A stretch of 64,000 nt of DNA, from assembly GCA_023231475.1 (NCBI GenBank), contig JALJEE010002316.1, positions 62,001 through 126,000 on the forward strand, read 5' to 3'. This document shows, piece by piece, positions 53,247-64,000 of this stretch (positions are counted from its first letter, which is position 1; each line of letters begins with the position of its first letter). Source of the DNA: Seison nebaliae (lineage: Eukaryota). Made by a program: the position numbers and the translations under genes. Under the pieces are notes generated by a model. It was not told the origin of the DNA. It saw nothing but the letters and a program-made list of their open reading frames with translations, and ran no database searches.

Positions 53247-56200
53247 AGATGTTTCCTCAAAATATTCGATTCCTTTATCAAGATACGATAATAATGATCA
53301 ATATAATAGTCTCCAAATAACTCCGACGAATTTCAATGAAGATCTTTATCGCGATCAATTGATCGATGGGAAGAGTGCGTCGATAATTCATCATTCGAAT
53401 ACACAAGCATTGATCCCACCACCATTACCTGAACGATCGAGAAAAGTATCATATCATGATTGTTCGTCCCAGGAGAAGAGTTGTCGTAATTCGTCCCATG
53501 ATAACCAACCGTCCAATATTTATTCATCACTAAATCGTTCGGTATTTAGGAACGGACGTCAGAAATTATCGGCACATTCTTTCCACAACTGTGGAATGAT
53601 TCCAAACGGTTAATTTAATTAATTTCATCTCCTCTTCTCTCAGTCATTCGATATATTTTCTCTATCAACAACTCACTCACAACAGACTCGTTAGACAGTT
53701 TCATTTAATGAAATTTTGAGATATTATGTTTGATCAGGTCCCGATTTTATTGTCGCGATCAATTAATTGAATTACTTTCATCGATCGGATAAAATTCAAT
53801 ATCGATAGTTGTGTCGATATTATGTCATCATTCGTTTCCATATGTTATGGTGGGAGAAAGAAAGATCGTTTAATTTTCATCTCTGTCGATAATGAAGTTA
53901 ATTGAATTGGAGTGACGAGGAGAGAACAATAGAAAGGAAAGATGCACTGGACTTCCTTCTTATTATTTATTTGGTGTATTTGACTTCCGAATTAAATGCA
54001 TGTTAAGGGAGAAGGAAGACGAAAGTATAATATCAACCATTCATCTCTAAATATCAAGAAAATATTATTAATTTCTTCAAACATCCTCAGATAAGAATTT
54101 TCCTTTTTCATTCTCTCATCAAAGTCTCCTCATTATGATTACGTTATTACGATTCTTTCTAATAACAATGTAAAATATTTGTCGATAAAAACACAAATTT
54201 ATTTTCTTTTCCGTTCGACCAAATTTGAATATATCACTATGACTCAATATATCTAAGTAGATAAAGCACTCTAATATTTTACCATAATTTTTAGATAGCA
54301 GTCGAAATCGGAAAGCATTGACAGAAATTAATGACAATAATGATCTTTATCGACATTCAATAGAAAAAGATGATAGTGAAATCATCACCGATAACTACAG
54401 TTACTCAACGAAAGCCGATCAATGTGTAACAGAAACTGTTCTACAATATTCCCGCGGTAATAGTGTCGCTCCAATGATGAACAATCGCTTAACCTCTCTC
54501 TCGACCACCTCCTCCTCTACTTCACCGTCACTAAATTCTAATTATGGTTTGCATCGAATGACACCCACCACATTCGAACGCTTCAAAATCGAACAACAAT
54601 CTATCGGAGCTTTTCGTATGCCACCCAAAGATGTCGACGCTGCATTCCATTCAACTGCGTCCACACGTCAACCCACACCGTTATTAGGACCGCCCAAATG
54701 TATTACACCCAGACGGTTAACTTCGTCATTTCTGGTGGATGTGGAACGACCGAAGAAGAAATTGCATGAAACTGGAATCAATGCAATTGTTCAATCGAAC
54801 GAAACTGGAGTCGGTACATCCGACGACACTTATTGGACCACAAGAGATACCGGTTCTTCTGTTAGACCGAGTCAACGTCATGTTTGTATGGAAACCGATT
54901 TATTTCAACATCAACGAGATGTCGCCCTACAAAATGAATTAGGCAAAGATGGATTAATCAAACGGTATGATCATCTCTCATCAAAGAGTTGTATGGTCGA
55001 TATGGAATCGAGAGTGCACATGTGTCAAGTCTCCCACAAAGGCACCACAATGAGTAACGGAATGAGAAATAATCAGCGAAATGTCTCGTCATTCACCGAT
55101 CAAATTCTTCAACGTGACGTCGCTATTCAAGAAGTATTAATTGATGAAGATATTGTAAAAGAACAATTGACTAGAGAGAAATTAATTAAACAAAGAACAA
55201 AACAAACGAACACGATAAAAAATCAGGAAAGAAATTCATCGACACAAATCGATTACAAACAATTAGGATTCGATCGAGATCCAACTAAACCGATTCCCCA
55301 GAAAACTATCGGAACTCAATTCGTTCAAAAAACCCCGACTTGTGACGCCGAAATTGATTGTTCGGTTGATGTGGACGCTAAATCGGTACAAGTGACAGGT
55401 AATCAATGGAAACGAAATGATTCGTCACAAACCGAACCGAAGCAATTAAGAAATCAGTGTGAAGGTACTAGAAAGGTGCAACAAGCCGATTCGCAAACTA
55501 ATACGGGAGATGACAATTATTTAAGATATCGAACAGTGGAATGTAATACTGAACCGTTCGAAAATATTTTAGCGGAGTATGCGAGAATTTTACAAGAGGA
55601 ATGGCTGAAACATTATAAACCGATTGTACCAACAATTACTCGTGGAATAAATTCGAGAGAAATTTTGAAAAAACACATCGGCTGTGATACGAAATTGGAT
55701 AACGTGTTTGGATGTTGTACGGTGGGAACAGATACGTTCGATAGAGATTTCGAATTGAAAAGAAATGTGGCTGTTGGTTGGGATACGGTGAATGACAGGA
55801 TTTGTGATTATTGTGATCAACGACCATCAATCATGAATCGAGGATCGAACACTGATTCGCAATGGGAAACACAACGAAATACTGGTTGTGGAACGATTAT
55901 GCAAGATTTGAGGAAAAATCTTATTTTCGAATCGAACGATCAAAAGAAAACTAAAATCATTTCACCTAACCATCCGTTCCAAACATCATGCGAATATGAC
56001 ACATTGTTCAACAATAATCAAATTAATACATATGATACTCCTCAATCCGTCAATCTATTACAACAATGCAATAACATTTCATCGAATTATTCAACTCAAA
56101 TTAATGTGGGACAAAATGAATTAGAGTTAGAAATATTTTTTAAATTTTTATAATTTTATTCAAATTTTTTAAAAAGAAATTCCATGAATAATCAGCATAA

Positions 56201-58089
56201 TCATATGAATGATTATGAGAGAGACACTTCACAGAAAACATATTTGGTTAATCCACCTAATCGGAGATTTGCGTATGACATGAGAGAATTACATACCCTG
56301 CCAATAATCGCAGAGAAGCCCAATGAAAATGGATCATCTGATGTTTCTTCAACGAAAAACGTTCAATTTGAAATTGATGAAATGATTGTGGAAGAAACGA
56401 TAGAATCGGAGAAATATCATGATAACGAAAAATATAAAAATAATTTAAAAGATATTGGAAGGAAAATTGAAAAACCATCCATATCAATTTCACCACCACC
56501 TCCATCACCACCACCTCCACCACCAACAATTACACCAACAACCACAACAACAGCTTTACATACATCTAATAGAGAAGTTGAATTCAAAGAAGATCTAAAT
56601 ATGACTGATCAAACGGTGAAAACGGTATTATGTACAGACAAACAATTCCTCCCGCAAATATCACCAGCTGGTAGTTATAGTTCCAATGCGAGTACGGATA
56701 CAGTAACGAAAGGAAAGATTTCAAATGAAGAAGAGATATTAAAAAAGCAGACATGTGAGAAGAAGGAACAGAAGACTGTGAAATTTCGTGCAACACCAAC
56801 GATCCATTTGAGGGAGCCTTCCGTGTCTTCCGATTCTCTAGAAACATCAACTGAGAAATCGTTCGATAATTTTCTTTATTATTTTCTTTTTCAAATTCTT
56901 TTCAAATCTATAGACCGGAAGTTGAATTAAATGAATCGAATTATGAGAATATCATCGATGAAGAATTGATAACTGCAACAAAAATTTTAAATGACTATCT
57001 GATGAATCCGACGAAAGCTGATAAAACGAACGTAGTTAGTTTCACTAATTCAAATCTTCTTCTTCCAATGTTCCTTTTCAAATTCATTCTAGTCGCGTGC
57101 TTTAAACATTATTCAACAAGTATGGTTTTCACTTGTCGCTCAGGAGAACGTTAACTCGAACTTAGTTATTAGTCACCTAAATATGTTCTCCTCATTTTCA
57201 AAATTATTACTTGAACGTATCGTCAATATGACAGATATAAATGTTAGTACTACTAAATATAAATTTCTCATTTTCTCTCTCTCTTTCATTATTTTAGGGT
57301 AACACAGCGATGCATTATTCAGTTTCATTCGGTCATTGGACAGTCGCTAATAAATTGTTAGAGACAAATGTTTGTGATGTAGGTACGCACAATAAGGCCG
57401 GTTATACACCAGTTATGTTGACGGCCTTATGCGAATTGAATAATGATGATGATGATACGACTACGTCAACAATGACAACGTCATCATCAAACAATTCCAA
57501 TATTAGCGTTAACCAATCATTCACCCAAGCAGTTATGACGAGAATTTTTGTCGAAAGTTATCCGACTTCAATTAATTGTCATTCGTCTGGTACGGATGGC
57601 ATGACAGCACTCCATCTAGCTTCTTTACATTCACGTTTACATTCCGCCAAATTGCTATTATCAGTTGGGGCGAATGTCAATATGGTTGACGTGGGTGCAA
57701 CGAAACAAACGTCGATTCATATTATTTTAAATAAGTTGGGTGAAACGATGAAAATGTTGGAAGAGAATTCCAAAGTCAAAAACAAGAAACATTTTGAATC
57801 GGCCATCGAACAGACTGTCGAATATAAATTATTAGAATTATTCTTAAATGAAAAAGATGTCGATCTGAAAATTCTCGATCATGAACAGAGAAATCCAATT
57901 CAGCTGGCTGAAAAGTTAGGATTGGAAAAGATTGGCAATAAACTTAAAACGATTCGCGAACGCCTAACCAGATCACAATTAGCGAAGAACAACAGTTTAT
58001 GTCTTACCAATTCTTCCAAGAATCATAAGTTGCGTCATCAGAATGTTTACCACTCACCTCCACGACGAACTGCATCAACATCAAATTAA
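48316..58089 (+). CDS. KANK: KN motif and ankyrin repeat protein; exons 48316-50757, (52248-52985), 53164-53608, 54295-56125, 56177-56860, 56914-57034, 57093-57242, 57298-58089
   Basis: KN-like motif CNCCPYGFHIETNF in the first exon. The spliced C-terminus reads QQVWFSLVAQ..LLERIVNMTDINGNTAMHYSVSFGHWTVANKLLETNVCDVGTHNKAGYTPVMLTAL, the KANK/VAB-19 ankyrin signature. All junctions are phase-consistent. Confidence 0.85.
53212..53244 (+). repeat. (AAT)n coding microsatellite (poly-Asn in a KANK exon)
   Basis: About 11 AAT units in frame within exon 53164-53608. Confidence 0.85.
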
Positions 58090-58128
58090 ATTTCGATTGA
58101 TAAAAATTCAATTTCTTCTATTTTATAC

Positions 58129-58311
58129 AAATAAATTATCAGATTTTTTCTAAAATAAATAAATTATCAAAATTTTTCTAAAATAAACAAATTATCGAAA
58201 TTTTTCTAAAATAAACAAATTATCGAAATTTTTCTACAACAAATAAATACTCATATCAGAATTTTTCTATAACAAATTGTTCAAACAGGAATAAATTATC
58301 AAATTTTTCTA
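58129..58311. repeat. 28-bp minisatellite (AAATAAACAAATTATCGAAATTTTTCTA), about 3 full copies plus partial and degenerate copies
   Basis: Direct tandem copies at 58153-58180, 58181-58208 and 58209-58236, with decayed flanking copies. Confidence 0.85.
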
Positions 58312-58667
58312 CAAAACCAATTTTGCCAAAAGTAATAAAATATCAGAAATTTTCATATATCAACTAATCAAACTTTTACTAAAATTTCCAAACTCACAAT
58401 CGTCAAAAAAAGAAAAAAATTATAATTTTTAATAGATTAAACCATCTCAAAACGAGTCAGATAATGATGATTAAAATGTTAAAGATAATTTATTGAAATA
58501 ATTTAATTGGAAACAATTTACAATTCCGGAAATTAAAGGAATTTTACTATTGTTTAACTTTGGAAGATGTTGAGTTAAGTTTCATACAAAATTAGTTTGA
58601 GCAGTAGTGGCAAGAAGAGAAACTTCTTGAGAAAGAAAGAAAAGAGAAATTTCGTTGCTTTCAAATT

Positions 58668-59501
58668 TTAATTGTTGTTTTCAATGAGTGTCCGTTCTTG
58701 GGCACTCTCCTCCATCTCCGCATCATTCAGTTTAACGTCGATAAGCGAATTCACCATATCCTCCATGGACGATTTCGAATTATGAAAATTCGATTGTTGA
58801 TTGGTGAGATTTTGTTGGAAGCTCTTCATTTTCTGTCCCTCATTCAAATGATCGGACATCTCCATCGAATTATAAATAACAGTTGATGCATAAGAGAATT
58901 GGGAGGACGATTCGGACAGTGAACCATATTGACGAGATGGTGGTGTGTTAAAATCATACATGACTGATGGCATAATAGATGTAATTCGAGGTCGAACAAT
59001 TTCCGTTTTATTTTCCCGACTATTTAACGATTGGAATTCCGGTGTTTCCTGTTGTTGTTGTTGTTGTTGGTCGGAGTCGACTAATGAATCGTCTTCCATC
59101 AGATCTGATTCTTCCATCTCCACATTCTGTTCATTATCAATTGTTGTTGTTGTTATTGATGAATTGAGATAATCATCTTCATCTGATGACTGAATTGCAT
59201 TTGGTGATCGACGGAAACTGTATCGACGTTTCTTCGATAAATCGATCGGTTGCAACGAAGTGAGACGATGTTCGGAGAGACTTGTGAGAATGTTGGTGAT
59301 ATAATCTTTAGCGAATTGTCTAATTGATGATGATGATAATATATTTGTGATAAGAAACGGAAAGAAACTTTAATTCAATCTCATTCCCGTCCACCATCTC
59401 TTTATTCCATTTCTCATGAGCTTTCTCAATGATATCGTGATGAATATAAGAGGAAATGGTTTGGCTATCGACTACCAAATTTGAGTTCATACACTCAGTT
59501 T
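58668..59501 (-). CDS. Hypothetical acidic/Ser-rich protein exons (59501-59369, 59319-58668); possibly the 3' part of the gene starting at 62175
   Basis: A 49-nt GTTTCT..TAG intron (59368-59320) joins the two track ORFs in frame. A good phase-1 acceptor at 59502 implies an upstream exon; otherwise the start is ATG 59490. Confidence 0.6.
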
Positions 59502-59924
59502 CTATCGATGAAAATAAATTATAATAATCATAAAACATGTCAATTAAAAGTTTCCACTAATAAATCGAAGAATGGCACAATTCTATTAGACACATCACAA
59601 ATTTCTAATGAAGACGATCGATTCCTCCAAAACATTTCCAGATATTATGAATGGGAAATGGTCCGAACGAGTATAGGCGAAGGGAAAGAGATATTGGTTG
59701 GAATGAAGACATGTGACCGAATGAAGAATAATAGAATGGAAAGCAAATTTATCGATGTTTTTTGTTATTATCTCAATTGTGAAAGAACTATAAAGATGAT
59801 AAGCATGCTAATTGATTAATAAACAAATAAGAGAGATAATTCGCTTAGGCAAATGGAGCTATTAAAATGGAAGATTTGAACGGAATTATTCGAACGGAAT
59901 AGCAATCATTTATTTTCCTTACCA

Positions 59925-59960
59925 ACACACACACACACAAACACACACATACACATACAC
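59925..59960. repeat. Imperfect (AC)n microsatellite
   Basis: Directly visible interrupted AC run. Confidence 0.8.
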
Positions 59961-60701
59961 AAACGCACAAAGAGAGATGTGTAAAGTGTTGTATTGGAAG
60001 AAATGAGAAGAATAATAAATTTAATAAGAAATCATTCAAATATTTAGAATCATTCGATTTGAATGACAACGAAAATATATTACATTGAATGAATAAACTC
60101 CGAATCATTGATGGAAACGAATCTTCTTCACAATTCTCATCATTTGCTGTGACTTTCTTCTCCTTTTTCTGCTTTTTTTTTTAAAGAAAACTTGTAAATC
60201 GAGTGATCATTTTTTTATACAAGAAAATATCGATCTCTATTATCAATTACATAATAATAAAGGAAGTAAAATTTGGAAAGGAATAATAAATTTTAAAAAA
60301 AATGAGTGAATTGATTGATTGAGAAGAATGGAAAGAGAGTGAGAGAGAGAGAGAAGGATGATTATTGATTTCGATCAATTTTCCGAAATAATTCAATAAA
60401 TCATCATTATCATCATCGTCATCACTCATTCACTTCATCGTAATCAAGTGGGAGGTATGGTGAGAAGAGAAATTAATTCGATAAATTAAAAATCTTTTAC
60501 ACAATTCTCGGTCTGGTGGAAGGAAATTTTTGGATTCTTTTTTTTTCCCCCGTCACAAAATTCATCGTCACAAAGAAATTAGTAGAGAAGAATTTAATGA
60601 TGAACTAGATCATATCATATTCACGTTTATGATGATGTTGACATAACAAAGCACGTGCAAAGGAGTGAAAGGAAAAATAATAATTCTCTTTCAGAATTCT
60701 T

Positions 60702-62175
60702 TCAATTACCATCTCCCACATTGATGATTCGATTGGTATCTTCTTTCAGAATGATGTCATTTTCCATTCCGTCATAGCCATTCTCCGTGATGATAATTTC
60801 ATCCATTTTCTCAACAGTAACTAAATTATCTTTATCTGAATCATCGTCTTCCATCAGCTATCATCAGAATGGTTTTTCAATGAACGATAAAAAAAAAAGA
60901 AAAAAAAAGGAACTTCATTGATGATATTTGCATTCTCCAGAATCTCTCCATCACCAGCACTGACACAATTAAACTTCTCCAAACTGCCTTTCACCATTTC
61001 CATTTCGCTATTCTCTCGATTGACATGAACGAAATCGATTTCCGTCCTTTCAACAATCTTTAAGGAAAATGGAAAATAATAATTTGATTTGTTTCATTTG
61101 AAAATGAGAGAAATAACTTCAACATTTTTCGGCGTTGTCGATCGAGTACTCGTCGTCTAAATTTAATTTATTGAATAATTTAATAAAATTAATTAAATAA
61201 TTAATAGAAATTTTCAAATAAAAAAAAAACATTTTCGTCTTCGATATCTTTCGTATTTTTGATAAAAGATATTTCTCCTTTTTTCCATTCGTCTGATTCG
61301 ATCACATTCTCATCCGATTCATTACCACCATTCTCCGAATAGAATGCCATTCTTGCCAATTCTTTCGCTTCTCTCATGGACATGGCAGAAATGGTCGATT
61401 GATTTTTTAAACTCTCATTTATTTTTTCATTCATTTCCTGAATATAATTCTCCTCTTGTTTCTTCAACGAGTCAATCTCTTCTTTATCAGATAAGGATAC
61501 TGACGGTTTGAGTGAACTCAGTTCAAATGAACCACCACCGTCACGGAATGATTTTGTAATGTCTTTAATTGTGGGAATGACGTCACTGATGATCAATCCA
61601 GCCGATTCAGTTTGTTCTTTCGTCAACTCTTCACCGCCACAATATTTCGCCCTCAAATTCTTTTCTAATTCATCTAATTCGATTGGTAAATCGTCGTCAT
61701 TCTGGACAATCGAATGAATACAATCGTTAACTATCGTCTCCACATAACCATGATCTTCGGCAACGGAAATTAATCTCATCGTCATTTTTCCAACTAATTT
61801 GATGGATTCGTTCTCGGGCGGAATTTCACTTTGAGGAGGGACATTCTGTGCTAATGAAATTGCCTCCACTAACCGATTGGAAACGCGTTCGCCGATTAAA
61901 GCTAGAATTTCCGTTTTATGTTTTCTCACATATTCACGTTCGAGAGAACTGATGAAAAATTTGGTGGGCGAATTCCTGTTCATGTCGATACCGCTGTCAC
62001 CGTTCTCGGTGGAGATGTTCTTCAAATTCTTTACATTCTCGTTGATGATCTTCTGATTCTCTTCATCCGACAATTTGACGCTCGTCTTACAACTATTCTT
62101 CTTTCCACTCCTCTTTTTCTTATTCTCTAATTTCTCCTCGTGATGATCGGTGGCTTTGCTAGATGTACAACCCAT
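60702..62175 (-). CDS. Acidic protein with N-terminal myristoylation/palmitoylation motif (MGCTSSK); exons 62175-61231, 61156-61118, 61057-60914, 60857-60702
   Basis: 324-aa ORF starting MGCTSSK. Three short phase-0 GTT..AG introns extend the frame to TGA at 60702-60704. No family recognised. Confidence 0.7.
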
Positions 62176-64000
62176 AACTGAGGATGTTGAATGGAATTTG
62201 TTTAAAGTTTCTCTTTGAAAATTTTGTTGAATTCGAATTAAAATTCGAATTGAAATATTTACGTGTCTTTTGAAATGGGTGAAAAATGTCGTTTCAATAA
62301 TTTAAAATTCAATTTGTAAAATAAAACATATCTACAGATGAGAAGAAGAAATAGAAAAAATTAGAATGATTCCACTTAATCATCAAAACTTCATTTCCCT
62401 AATAATTACATAATAATCATTTTCAAATGTAGACAAGACAAATGAATGTACTTAAAGGAGGGAGAGAGGGAAAGAAAGAAAAAAAGAAAGAAATAATAAT
62501 ATAATTAATTAAGAAGGTTAAAATAACAAAAACTAATTTTCAACACCAAGAAACTCGTAACAACATTAACCAAACCATTGGAAGTTAATGTAAACAGAGT
62601 GTATATGGGGAAATGTTATTTCATTCTCTGGACATTTGTTAGACATCTGACTGTAAACAAATGATGGGAGAGAATCCATCCCATTTACTTCGGCCATTCC
62701 CAATTGCAGGTTCGTCCAACTCATATACGTCCACAATAGAATAAATTTCTTTTGTTTATCATCTCATCAAATTGAAATTTATTCAATTCATCAAACTTCT
62801 ATTCAGTTGGTCAATTCATATCTTCTACTCGTCGTATTCGAAGAAGGAAGATTTCGGTCAAATGATTTCATTCTCTTTCTATCTATCCTATCTTATTCTA
62901 CATCTTTATTCATCTATTCGTTTCAATTCAGTTGGTTCGTAAATGGTTCATATAAATATATGCGTATGCACCATCCACCCTTCCACCATCAAAATTCGAT
63001 GGAACGGAATATGATGGACACAAATCATACTTCCTCATCTCCAAAGCTTCCATCCTCATTCATGTTGTTGTTGAATTTTTGAAAAGATGGAATTCTTTTC
63101 CGGTTGAAGATAAGAATGAGAAACGAATTAAAATTTGGTGACAATCTGTCTGGTTAGTTTGATCGTGAATGAGATCCCATATCGTCTAACGGAAAGATGA
63201 TAATTGAAAGTGAAGAAGGAATTTCTGATAAGAAACAATTCTGACATATATTCTCTCTTATATACACTTTACATGAAACTAGTTGGGAATACGCTATCAC
63301 AATTAGTCCCACTGACTTCCACTCCAACAGAGAAAAGGTGAAGTGAAGAAAAAAAGGACAGAAAGAGAAAGAGAAAAATTTACATAAATAACAATTGGAG
63401 AAATCTTATTTCCATTATCGCTATAAATTTCAGGAAATGTAAGATCATCATTGGGAGGAAGAAATTCGTTCAATAATTATGGGAGAAGCAGCTGACAATA
63501 CGGAACAATTATCTCTTCTTCCCATCGCTCACATCGTTAGAGAAATAAAAGTAAATGAATTAACCAAATGAGATTAAGGAACAACCTCTCCACTAATTGC
63601 TTATTATGATTGGAGAATAATATAAAATCACACGTACACCACATTTCCCTTATGTAAGAAGTGAAGTGTACTTAACTATACGTTGTACAACGGAATTCTA
63701 TTCAATTAAGCTTAACTTTTAAATTAAATTAATTAATTAAAATTAAAACTTTTACTTTTTTCCCAAATCAACTACTGGTCGAACCAATTCGATATGGAGG
63801 CATAAGTAATTGGGCAATAATTTAAATTTCACTTACCAAAACAGATATACGAATAACCAACATCAATTGTTGCCGAAAGCATTGTGACTTGAGTTCTTTT
63901 TATTGGAAAAAATGGGTATCGCCAAAGGAAAGAAATCGAAAAGTTCGAAAACGATGAAAAAGAAAGTTTACGAGACTTTGTCAATGAAAGACGAAAAATT

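Noticed and set aside
58129..58311. 28-bp repeats resembling a CRISPR array
   Set aside because: The repeats are contiguous with no unique spacers, the context is eukaryotic, and no cas genes are present.

Overview
AT-rich, gene-dense eukaryotic (animal) genomic DNA with mostly very short introns (about 43-80 nt). The species cannot be determined from this window. I built about 10 gene models by hand: a TROVE/Ro60-like vWA protein (minus strand, runs off the left edge, absent from the ORF track), TMEM115, a class B GPCR, a nicotinic acetylcholine receptor alpha subunit with two alternative paralogous 5' exons, AK9 (about 24 exons), an orphan ORF, an intronless RPB1, an ankyrin-repeat protein, KANK, and a lipidated acidic protein. 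Four signals stand out. (1) About 45 of 48 hand-traced introns start GTT rather than GTA/GTG, with GTTAGT as the apparent optimal donor, which suggests shifted 5' splice-site recognition. (2) RPB1 has Ser at the near-invariant Arg equivalent to human R749 / Drosophila C4 R741, the amanitin-resistance and slow-polymerase site. (3) The RPB1 CTD has no perfect heptad and no Ser7 in its YSPxSP units. (4) The nAChR has duplicated, mutually exclusive N-terminal exons. All exon boundaries are manual inferences without RNA evidence.
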